Source: Promethearchaeia archaeon (GTDB taxonomy: Archaea > Asgardarchaeota > Lokiarchaeia > Sigyniarchaeales > SOKP01). From it: a DNA stretch of 32,000 nucleotides. Every line of letters starts with the position of its first letter. Positions within the stretch are counted from its first letter, which is position 1. The notes under the pieces are model-generated. The model was given only the letters and a program-made list of their open reading frames with translations. It ran no database searches and was not told the DNA's origin. The stretch is taken from NCBI GenBank assembly GCA_046497275.1, contig JAWOFX010000032.1, positions 1 to 32,000 on the forward strand. The letters are read 5' to 3'. A program made the position numbers and the translations under genes. Shown one piece after another: positions 1 to 8,780 of the stretch.

Positions 1-1103
1 TTATTGTTCCAAATACCTGGATTTTCTTCTATTGCTTCAAGAATTTGTAAGGTTAATTCACTTTTTTGTAATTTCAAGTCAACATTCGAGAGTGGATTTT
101 TATTATAGTAAGGAATGAACATCACATAATTTCCAACACGCTTCTTTTTAATTACTCTATAAGTTTCTAAAATATCAAGATGCCAAACCAAATTCCCAGG
201 CGCTAGATCTGTTTTTCTTAATAACTCATTGAAGTGAATTCCAGGTTTTTCTAAAATTAAATCAATAATCTTACTGCGATTTTCATTCTCAAGAACTTCT
301 TCAATTTCTAATCGATGTGCACCTTTATCAATTGAAGTTGTACGCCTTTTAATATGCTTGATATAATCCTTTTTAGATAAAACAATTAAAATTCCCACAA
401 AACCTATTGCTATGGGAATTAAGATCCATAGCCAATTATAACTCGGAGGATTTTCAGGTTTTTCATTAACCTCATAAATAGTAAAATAATATACTTCTTC
501 TTCCTCAAGACTTTCTATTTCTCCATTTATATAATTAACACCTTCTGACTCTGACTCATATGTCGATAATAATTCAGGATTCCCGCTTATTTCACCTTTA
601 TAATATCCAATCGAGAAATTATCTTCAGTTTGAAATCCGAAAATGGGAGATTTTATGAATTTAAAAGATAATTGTGAGATGCTGGTATTTGATTTGATTT
701 TATAAAAACTATTATATTGAAATCCTAAAATTAAATCTTGAAAACTAGGATTTTCTGGTAAATTTTCTAAAAATCCCTCTATATCAAAAATTGCTGTAAA
801 TTCTAATTCTACGTCTTCATTGTTATCGATTTCAAGTGAAATTTGTCTGGAAGTTATTAAGGGGTAAGAAAGATTAAAATCTAAATTTAAAATTGTATAC
901 ACATTTGTAGAGATGTTAAAATTAAAACTTAAGTCATAAGGCAGATAATCATAATAGTAAGATAGGTTAAAATAATTATCTGGTTGAATTGATATATAAT
1001 ATGGAGGAGGACCATCAGCTTTGGCATCTTTCGGAATTGTAAGAAATATTCCGAATAAAAGAACTAATAATATTAGGTATTGTTTTCCATTTTTTTTCTT
1101 CAT
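1..1103 (-). CDS. Membrane-anchored winged helix-turn-helix transcriptional regulator (3'-truncated by the window edge; absent from the ORF track)
   Basis: Manual translation from ATG at 1103: MKKKNGKQYLILLVLLFGIFLTIPKDAKADGPPP (signal-peptide-like), then an acidic beta-rich region, a TM helix WLWILIPIAIGFVGILIVL, and GAHRLEIEEVLENENRSKIIDLILEKPGIHFNELLRKTDLAPGNLVWHLDILE (ArsR/MarR-like wHTH). The 5' and 3' parts were translated by hand and are in the same frame; no stop was seen before position 1. Confidence 0.85.
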   Translation of the reverse strand, partial: MKKKNGKQYLILLVLLFGIFLTIPKDAKADGPPPYYISIQPDNYFNLSYYYDYLPYDLSFNFNISTNVYTILNLDFNLSYPLITSRQISLEIDNNEDVELEFTAIFDIEGFLENLPENPSFQDLILGFQYNSFYKIKSNTSISQLSFKFIKSPIFGFQTEDNFSIGYYKGEISGNPELLSTYESESEGVNYINGEIESLEEEEVYYFTIYEVNEKPENPPSYNWLWILIPIAIGFVGILIVLSKKDYIKHIKRRTTSIDKGAHRLEIEEVLENENRSKIIDLILEKPGIHFNELLRKTDLAPGNLVWHLDILETYRVIKKKRVGNYVMFIPYYNKNPLSNVDLKLQKSELTLQILEAIEENPGIWNN

Positions 1104-1238
1104 ATGAGTTATTAGAATTATTATAAACGGTTAAATTATAATACTTATTAAAATAGTAAATTATCTCCTTTTAAGAATATAGGTATGTTTTTTTCCATCT
1201 AATTTCATTATTTAAGACACTCAGATAAGAATTATTAG

Positions 1239-1250
1239 AAAAAAAAAAAA
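1239..1250 (-). terminator. Oligo(T) terminator candidate (T12 on the minus strand)
   Basis: A12 run on the + strand, 13 nt past the stop of the minus-strand CDS 1264-1827. Archaeal intrinsic terminators are U-tracts. Confidence 0.5.
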
Positions 1251-1263
1251 TTAAAATTATTTA

Positions 1264-1827
1264 TTACAAACTTAACGTCACATTGAATTGTATTGGACCG
1301 ATTTCTGTTGGACCATATACAGGTACATCATTAAATGTTATTTCAATTTCAATTAGGAGAGATATGTAATAGGTTCCTTCCTCTATAGAAATCTCATCTG
1401 GTCCAAGTATCATATTAACGTTCAATCCTGCACTTTTTAAATCTTCAAGAGTTATTGGTCCGAGTTGTATGGTTTGACTTGAGGGTGTTGTGATATTCAA
1501 ATATATCTTGAGGTCAATATAAGCGCTATATACACCGGATCCAGAGGTACTAACATGTCCATTAAATTTTCCGAAGAAATAACTATATGGATCGATTCTT
1601 TGTTGCTCAGCTTGTAGTGTGGTAACTCCCGTCGGTAAACTTTGGTCTAAATTATAAGAATCATCTGAATCTGATATACTTGATGAGTAAAGGTCAGTTG
1701 AGCTCATACCCATAGAAACTTGAATACTATCGACTCCAATTCCATACATAAAAACGGGAATTAATGCAATCACAGAAATAATTGCTACAACAGCAATGAT
1801 CCCACCAATTGTTTTTTTTGATACCAT
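1264..1827 (-). CDS. Hypothetical membrane-anchored/secreted protein
   Basis: 187-aa ORF with one N-terminal hydrophobic helix (IGGIIAVVAIISVIALIPVFMYGI), a Ser/Asp-rich linker and a beta-rich C-terminus. Confidence 0.75.
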   Translation of the reverse strand: MVSKKTIGGIIAVVAIISVIALIPVFMYGIGVDSIQVSMGMSSTDLYSSSISDSDDSYNLDQSLPTGVTTLQAEQQRIDPYSYFFGKFNGHVSTSGSGVYSAYIDLKIYLNITTPSSQTIQLGPITLEDLKSAGLNVNMILGPDEISIEEGTYYISLLIEIEITFNDVPVYGPTEIGPIQFNVTLSL

Positions 1828-2135
1828 TTTTTGATCACTTTTTATTAAAATTACTTATTCTTTTAATACTGATTTTATTTAAAAAGACTTAAGGTGCACT
1901 TTTTTCCACCTTATCTCTAAGATATCTTTAGTTAAAATAGTAAATTCATATTTTAAAATGATTTTTCTAAAATTTATAAATTGAAAAACACTATTATGTG
2001 AAGAATAGATATTAAAATTAACGATTTGGTTCTTTAATAACGATTTTTTTATTCTAATAATTCAAAATCAATACATAAAAAATATTTTAAAGCATTCTTT
2101 TCAATTATTAACATATAAAAATTAATTTGCTAATC

Positions 2136-3482
2136 ATGTCTAAGAAATTTTCTCGAAATCCCATTAAAGGAATGGATGACTATTTCCCTTCTGATATGCG
2201 TGTATTTAATTATATAAATAAGAAATTAAGAAATATTGCTGAATTGTACTGTTATGAAGAATATGATGCACCTATTCTCGAAGCTATTGAGATTTTTGAA
2301 GCTAAAACATCAGATGAATTGGTAAATGAACAATCATTTATTGTGGAAAAAAAAGAAGGAGAAAGATTGATCTTAAGACCAGAAATTACACCACAACTTG
2401 CTCGTATGGTAGCAAAAATAAGTCAAGAAAAGAAAAAACCAATAAGATGGTATTCTAACCCAAGATTATATCGTTATGAACAACCTCAAAGAGGAAGAAA
2501 GAGAGAATTTTATCAATTTAATGTGGATATATTAGGAGAAGATACTCTTTATGCAGAATTAGAGATCTTACAGATTGTTGTAGATTTTCTCACAGATTTT
2601 GGAGCAACTTCCGATCAATTTCAAATATATTTTAATAATCGCAGATTTGTGGATGCAATCTGTGAAATCTTATTAGAAGTACCTAAACAAAAGATTTCTC
2701 AGATCTATTCAATTTTAGACAAAGCGGACAAAATGGAAGAATCTGAATTTGAAAAATACCTCATTGATTCATTTGAAAGCGAATCCATTATCCAAGGTAT
2801 TAAAAAACTAAAGGATGCGGATGATTTAGATGAACTCTTAGCGAATTTTGATGATATTCCATCTGAATTTTATGATAGTAAAGGATATCAAGAATTAAGA
2901 AAATTAACACGATTAATTGAAAGTTCTGAAATATCAGAATATTGTTCATTTTCCTCAGGAGTAGTTAGAGGGTTAGATTATTATACGGGAACGGTATTTG
3001 AAGTATATGATATGGGAGATGAGAATATTAGAGCTATATTTGGAGGAGGAAGATATGATGATCTTCTTTCAATCTTTTCTGATGAAGAGATGTCTGGAAT
3101 TGGTTTTGGCATGGGTTTATTAATGTTAGAATTATTCCTTAGAACATATAATTTATTACCAGAAGATCTTGAGGAACCAGATTATTCTAAAATCATATAT
3201 ATTGCTACTCTTGATGAAGAAGTTGCTCCTTATGTATTTAAAATCTCTAATATCCTTCGAGATCAGAATATTCCTTGTATAATTGATTATCGTTTTGAAA
3301 ATCTTGGTAATCAATTGAGTAAAGCAAATGATCTTGGAGTAATGATAACCTTAATTATTGGTCCTAAAGAAATGAAAGAACGCAGAATCACTATTAAGAA
3401 TATGGTTTCAGAGGAGCAAAAAACAATTGAAACGGAAGAACTGGTTCAAGAGATTATCCAAACACTAAGCAAATTATCATAA
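2136..3482 (+). CDS. hisS: Histidine--tRNA ligase
   Basis: Motifs KGMDDYFP, LRPEITPQLAR, YRYEQPQRGRKREFYQ, RGLDYYTG, GGGRYDDL, GFGMG and a C-terminal anticodon-binding domain. ATG at 2136 preferred over TTG at 2127. Confidence 0.97.
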   Translation: MSKKFSRNPIKGMDDYFPSDMRVFNYINKKLRNIAELYCYEEYDAPILEAIEIFEAKTSDELVNEQSFIVEKKEGERLILRPEITPQLARMVAKISQEKKKPIRWYSNPRLYRYEQPQRGRKREFYQFNVDILGEDTLYAELEILQIVVDFLTDFGATSDQFQIYFNNRRFVDAICEILLEVPKQKISQIYSILDKADKMEESEFEKYLIDSFESESIIQGIKKLKDADDLDELLANFDDIPSEFYDSKGYQELRKLTRLIESSEISEYCSFSSGVVRGLDYYTGTVFEVYDMGDENIRAIFGGGRYDDLLSIFSDEEMSGIGFGMGLLMLELFLRTYNLLPEDLEEPDYSKIIYIATLDEEVAPYVFKISNILRDQNIPCIIDYRFENLGNQLSKANDLGVMITLIIGPKEMKERRITIKNMVSEEQKTIETEELVQEIIQTLSKLS

Positions 3483-3587
3483 ATTTGTATTTAAATCTGA
3501 GAAATCACTTTAAATTACATAGTTTATTATTGCTATTTTTATTAATTTCATTTAAAAAATATTTGTTAATAAAAATTTGAACTTATA

Positions 3588-4520
3588 ATGAATTTTATTC
3601 GAGATTTATTAACTTCTATTAGTGAAAAGGAATCTGTAGTATGTATGGGTCTTGATCCAAGATTGGAAAATGAGAATCAAATTCCAAGCTATCTAAAAGA
3701 GCAATATCAAAATACAAATAAAATAATTTTAGAATTTAATAAAACCCTAATTGATAATACTTATGATTTAATTCCTATAATAAAACCACAGATTGCTTTT
3801 TATGAAAAATATGACGCTCTTGATGCCTTAAAAGAAACTATTCACTACGCTCATAAAAAAGATTTATTAGTTCTTCTTGATTCGAAAAGAAACGATATTG
3901 GCACCACCTCAAAGGCATATGCTGAAGCTCAATATGACCTATATAAAGCAGATGCGTGTACCATTAACGCTTATTTTGGGAGAGATTGTATTAAACCATT
4001 TCTCGAATATAATGAGAAAGGGAAGTTCATTCTAGTTAAAACCTCGAATCCTAGTAGCAGTGATTTTCAAGATCTATTTAGTATTAGATTAGATTCCATA
4101 TCTAATCAGACAACTGAAATTAGTGTTGAAGAAATTTCTAAATCTTTAATTCTTAAAAGAAATTACATTCATATGGCGGAATTAGTTCAAAACTGGGGAA
4201 AAAATTTAGAGCAATATCATGATTATCACAATTTAGGTGTAGTTGTAGGGGCAACATATCCAGAAGAGATGAAAATTATAAGAAAAATAGTTAAAAATTC
4301 AATATTATTAATACCTGGTTATGGCGCTCAAGGAGCTAACGCAAAAGATATAAAATTTGGCTTTGATCAAAAAGGTTTAGGTGCAATCGTTAACTCTTCC
4401 CGGGGAATTATGTTTGCTTACACTAAACATAAAAAATACCCTCCCGAAAAATTCGCTGAAGCCGCCAGAGCTGAAATAATAAATATGAGAGATAAAATCA
4501 ATAAATTTATAGTTAAATAA
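3588..4520 (+). CDS. pyrF: Orotidine-5'-phosphate decarboxylase (subfamily 2 type)
   Basis: VCMGLDP, KPQIAFYE, LDSKRNDIGTT (DxKxxDI catalytic motif), GVVVGAT, LIPGYGAQG, VNSSRGI. Confidence 0.95.
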   Translation: MNFIRDLLTSISEKESVVCMGLDPRLENENQIPSYLKEQYQNTNKIILEFNKTLIDNTYDLIPIIKPQIAFYEKYDALDALKETIHYAHKKDLLVLLDSKRNDIGTTSKAYAEAQYDLYKADACTINAYFGRDCIKPFLEYNEKGKFILVKTSNPSSSDFQDLFSIRLDSISNQTTEISVEEISKSLILKRNYIHMAELVQNWGKNLEQYHDYHNLGVVVGATYPEEMKIIRKIVKNSILLIPGYGAQGANAKDIKFGFDQKGLGAIVNSSRGIMFAYTKHKKYPPEKFAEAARAEIINMRDKINKFIVK

Positions 4521-4538
4521 GAATAATTCGTTTTCAAT

Positions 4539-4955
4539 TTAGGTTAAGATCACTACAATAACCGATGTTGTTAAAACAATAGGAATAACAAAAAATATGA
4601 AAATCACAATCGATTTTCCAATCCCTGGTTCATGAATTACATTAATTATATTAATCTCTAGGAAAATTCCAATTATTAATAAGGGAATAAGCATTGCTAA
4701 ATTAGGTCCACTATCATCGAACTCCCCACTGACCCCCATAATGATAAATGGTACACCGATAAAAGCTATTAATCCAACTTGAATGAATAAACTGCCTACT
4801 ACCCATTTCAAATTGGTTCTTTTCTCAGCTTTGGTTATTTTTAATCCTATTTTCAGAAATATTATCTCTGAGGTTATGAATATAATAAGTGCTACAATTG
4901 AAACTATAAGTTCAGGAGGTAATCCTATTTGAAATATCGAATATAGTGATAACAT
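4539..4955 (-). CDS. Hypothetical integral membrane protein (about 4 TM helices)
   Basis: 138-aa ORF made mostly of hydrophobic segments; ATG start. Confidence 0.75.
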   Translation of the reverse strand: MLSLYSIFQIGLPPELIVSIVALIIFITSEIIFLKIGLKITKAEKRTNLKWVVGSLFIQVGLIAFIGVPFIIMGVSGEFDDSGPNLAMLIPLLIIGIFLEINIINVIHEPGIGKSIVIFIFFVIPIVLTTSVIVVILT

Positions 4956-5212
4956 AACTAATTCCCTTATAATAATTTTTTAATTAATACTTTTGTAATT
5001 CTAATTGGATTAAATATTATGAATTTAATTTATAACTGCTTTTTTGAATATTTATATCTTTTTTATGAGATTTCTAATATGGTATTAAGTTATATTTTAT
5101 TTTTTGTTAAAAAAAATATCTTATTTTTTAATTCATAAATATATTTAGAATATGTTTAATTCTCTATTATAATAATAATTTTGAAAGGTGTAATCGAACA
5201 AAAGGGATTTTT

Positions 5213-7183
5213 ATGTCTGAAAATGATCAGACCAAGGAGGAAGAAGCAAAAATTTTCTGTGCTGTCTGTAGATGAGGTATAAATATTTCTGAAATAATAG
5301 ATTGTAATTCTCTTGCCGAATTCTCAAAAAATCTGCCAAATGTTGTTGATGCTGATGAATATATTAGTATGTGTACAGAAGGCGGTGCTGACTTCATCAA
5401 GGAACATATGAAAGAAAGTGGTGCTAATAGACTCGTTGTTGCTGCTTGAACTCCAAAAACTCACGAGCCTGTATTTCAAAGTGTACTTGAGGAGATTGAT
5501 ATGGATCCATCATACCTTGAATTTGTTAATATAAGAGAACATAGCAGTTTTGTCCATAGAAATGATCCAGAAGGAGCTCAAAACGTAGCCGAAGATGAAA
5601 TAAAATCTGCTGTTGCCCGAGCTGCATTACTTGAGAAAATAGAAATAAAAGAAGTAGATATAGAAAAACGAGTATTAATTATTGGTGCTGGTGTCGCAGG
5701 ATTAACCGCGGCTATAGATTTAGCAGAAGAGGGTTACGAAGTTCATTTAGTGGAAAAGAAACCTACTATTGGTGGTAAAATGGCACAATTAGACAGAACT
5801 TTTCCTACAGATGATTGTTCTATATGAATCTTGGGACCAGTAATGCTCGAAGCAGCGAGAACTAAAGGCTTAAACATTCATACTTATAGTACGGTCGAAG
5901 AAGTTGATGGTTTTGTAGGGAATTTCAAAATAAAAATTAAAGAAAAAGCTAGATATACTACTGAGGATTGTAATGGGTGTGGAGCATGTGAAGAAATCTG
6001 CCCCGCGATAGGAGCTAATGAATTTGATGAAGGAATGAGTTCACGCTCAGCTATATATACTGCCTTTTCTCAAGCAGTTCCGCTAGTCGCTCAAATTGAT
6101 ATGGATAGATGCATTAAATGTGGTTTATGTATAGAAGCATGTGAAGTTGATGCAATTGATTTTGATCAAGAAGATAAAATTATAGAGTTAAAAGTGGGAT
6201 CAATAATCGTTGCGACCGGATGGGATGAATATGAACCACCAGAGGGATACTTAGGTTATAAAAAATATCCTAATGTTATCACACAATTACAACTGGAGAG
6301 AATTTTAAATCCTAATGGTCCTACGGTAAGTCATCTTGTCCGTCCATCTGATGGAAAAGTGCCGAAGAAAATATTATTTGTTCAATGTGTTGGATCAAGA
6401 GACTTAAACAAGAATACCTACTGTAGTTCTGGTGTTTGCTGTATGACAACTATTAAGAACTCAAAATTAATTAAACAACATGATCCTGATACAGAAATAA
6501 CTGTTGCATATATGGATATAAGAGCAGCGGGTAAAGATTATGAGGAGTATTTCACTGCGTCTAGAAGAGAGGGAATCAGATATATTCGAACTAATATTAG
6601 TAAAATCGAAGAAGACCCTGTAACTCATAATTTAAAAATTGTTATGCAAAATACTCTTCGAGATTCTTTGGGACTTCAAGAGATGGAATTTGATTTAGTA
6701 GTACTCTCTTGTGCTATGGAACCATCACAAGAAATTCAAAAAATAGAAAAAATGCTTAAATTAGAGACAAGTCAAGATGGTTTCTTTAAAGAATTTCATT
6801 CTCGGTTGAATCCCATCGATACAAAAATACCTGGAATAGTACTTGCGGGCGCATGTCAAGGTCCAAAAGCAATCAATGAGGCTATCTCTCAAGGAAGAGG
6901 AGCCGCATCCTCAATAGCTAAATTAATGAGTCATGATAAATATGAAATCATGCTTATAAGAGCTCATGTGGACAAAGAAAAATGTGCTAAATGTGGTTTA
7001 TGTGAATTAAACTGCGCTTATAATGCGATAAGCCTTTCCGATGATGGAGCCGTAGTGGACGAAATTTTATGTAGAGGTTGTGGATCATGCCTTGCTAATT
7101 GTCCTTCCGAAGCGATAACTCTTAAATATTATAGAGAACCTCAATATGAGGAACAAATAGATGCAATATTAGAAGAGACGTAA
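5213..7183 (+). CDS. hdrA: Heterodisulfide reductase subunit A-like flavoprotein; selenoprotein with 3 Sec (U21, U79, U205), 656 aa
   Basis: One reading frame from ATG 5213 with in-frame TGA at 5273 (CR-U-GINI, normally CHCGxNI), 5447 (VVAA-U-TPKTHE, normally VVAACSP) and 5825 (TDDCSI-U-ILGP, normally DCSxCIL). Also the FAD motif [22 protein letters not shown] and ferredoxin CxxCxxCxxxC motifs. Joins track ORFs 5501-5827 and 5831-7183. Confidence 0.93.
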
Positions 7184-7187
7184 AGAG

Positions 7188-7661
7188 GTGGGTAAAATAT
7201 CAGAAAATAATTTTAAGATTATTAGTTTTATGTGTTGGAAGTGAGGTTACGGTGCTGGAGATATGGCAGGAACTATGCGAGCACAATATCCCGCTACAGT
7301 GCGTCCAATCCGAATTAATTGTACGGGAAGGGTCACTCCAAGTTTAATGATGCGTGCAATAGGAAAAGGTGCGGATGGTATTATTGTAGCAGGATGATAT
7401 GCTGGAGAGTGCGATTTCGAAATCGGTAATTTTATAGCGGAACGCAATGTTAATTATGTCAGAGAGATCTTAAAAACGATGGGGGTTTCTCCAGAAAGAG
7501 TTCAAATGTTTAATTGCAGTGCCGCTGAAGGAAAGAAATTCCAAGAAGAGGTGTCTCGTATTTCAGAAGAAATAAAAAAAATAGGCAGCAGTCCTTTAAA
7601 AGAATCTAAAGATAATAAAGAAAGTGATTCAAAAAAAGGAAAAAAGAATAAAACCGAATAG
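7188..7661 (+). CDS. mvhD: MvhD/VhuD-type [2Fe-2S] hydrogenase/Hdr-linking subunit; selenoprotein with 2 Sec (U19, U70 counted from GTG 7188)
   Basis: FMCWK-U-GYGAGDMAG (TGA 7242), RINCTGRV, GADGIIVAG-U-YAGECDFEIGN (TGA 7395), GVSPERVQMFNCSAAEG. Same frame as track ORF 7479-7661. Start codon uncertain (GTG 7188 or ATA 7197). Confidence 0.9.
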
Positions 7662-7720
7662 GATGATTCTTTCGAACAAATTTTAGTCTAAAGATGACGA
7701 CCTCGCATGGGTTATTCGGT
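7653..7720 (+). promoter_or_regulatory. Eukaryote-like (Loki-type) SECIS element
   Basis: Hand fold: helix I ACCGAAUA(7653-60)/UAUUCGGU(7713-20); non-Watson-Crick core AUGAU(7663-67)/UGAC(7695-98) with tandem G.A/A.G; helix II UCUUU(7668-72)/AAAGA(7690-94) extended by G7674-C7688, A7675-U7687 and C7677-G7686; apical loop starting AAA (7678-80). Lies directly 3' of two UGA-containing genes. Confidence 0.8.
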
Positions 7721-7730
7721 ATGGTTTCAA

Positions 7731-7752
7731 TATTTTTACTTTTACATTTTTT
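7731..7752 (+). terminator. U-rich terminator candidate for hdrA-mvhD
   Basis: TATTTTTACTTTTACATTTTTT immediately after the SECIS hairpin. Confidence 0.4.
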
Positions 7753-7805
7753 ATGATTATAAAAAAATGGTATTTTGTTTTTTAACTGAAGCTTTTCTTA
7801 ATTTG

Positions 7806-8633
7806 TTATTCATGGGGGAGAACATATACTAGTAGGATAATTAGTAATATTCCTGCTATGAAAATTAAAGCTTGAATGACAGACTTTTTAAAATTTTTCT
7901 GTTTTAAGATTTCAGGCATTAATTCAGCACTTGCGAGATATAAAAATCCACCTCCAGAAAATGCTAAGAAAAATAGGTTAAATGTTTCAAGAATCCCAGA
8001 GAGAAATAACGCAAATAAACCTCCTAGTAATGCCACCATAGCACTTAAAAAATTAAAAAATAGCGCAGTTCTTTTTGAAAATCCACCGTATAAAAGGATA
8101 CCGAAATCTCCGACTTCTTGAGGCAGTTCATGGAATAAAACAGCTAAAGTTATAACTATTCCATTTCCAATACCAGTTAAGAACGCGACGATTATAATTA
8201 CACCATCTAAGAAATTATGTAAACCATCACCAATAAGATTTAATAGAGCGAAATTTCTAATTTTAGGTCCTTTCTCCGTTCTCTCTAAACCTTCGGTAAT
8301 CGTATCATAGCAAACATATTCATTTTCTTGTTGGTGAGCATGTCCATGAAACCAATAAATAAAACGCTCTACAACAAAAAAAACAACATATCCTAAAAGA
8401 ATGAAACCAAAAACCCAATATTCAGAAAGAATTCCTCCTAACTCTTCAAGATGATGGATAGATTCGGGAATAAGATCAAATAATGCGGTTGCAAGAATGG
8501 TTCCAGTAGCAAAAGCTACTAAAATAAAAAGAATATTATCAAGAGTTTTTTCCCTGAAAGAAATCATAAATATCCCTACTAAGCTAAGACAACCAATTAA
8601 AAAAATCGCAATAAATCCATATAGTATTTCCAT
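7806..8633 (-). CDS. ZIP family divalent metal transporter
   Basis: About 8 TM helices, His-rich loop HGHAH, signature motifs GDGLHNFLDG and HELPQEVGDF. Confidence 0.92.
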   Translation of the reverse strand: MEILYGFIAIFLIGCLSLVGIFMISFREKTLDNILFILVAFATGTILATALFDLIPESIHHLEELGGILSEYWVFGFILLGYVVFFVVERFIYWFHGHAHQQENEYVCYDTITEGLERTEKGPKIRNFALLNLIGDGLHNFLDGVIIIVAFLTGIGNGIVITLAVLFHELPQEVGDFGILLYGGFSKRTALFFNFLSAMVALLGGLFALFLSGILETFNLFFLAFSGGGFLYLASAELMPEILKQKNFKKSVIQALIFIAGILLIILLVYVLPHE

Positions 8634-8780
8634 TTTAATCAGAATTCAAAATTAGTATTTTTTTAGATCAATTAAAAGATTATATATGAGTAGTTATAAA
8701 AGATTTTTAAAATTTTTATTCATAAAACAAAAATACTCAAAATTGTTTTAATTTTTATTTATGGGTTAATTTAGAATATT

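Noticed and set aside
4087-4107. 7-bp hairpin GATTAGA/TTCCATA/TCTAATC in the pyrF insertion region as a second, hidden intron
   Set aside because: Flanks (AGTA and AGAC) cannot form the 4-bp central helix, and the implied 28-nt excision would break an intact frame.
5213-7661. hdrA and mvhD as nonsense-mutated pseudogenes, or genome-wide UGA reassignment
   Set aside because: All five stops are TGA at conserved Cys ligand positions with no frameshifts, and a SECIS-like fold follows. TGA still terminates the maturase gene at 14576, and ordinary Cys and Trp codons are used throughout.
7806-8633. ZIP transporter as a selenite importer for the neighbouring selenoproteins
   Set aside because: Only adjacency supports it; the gene is convergent, not co-transcribed, and has ordinary Zn/Fe-type ZIP motifs.
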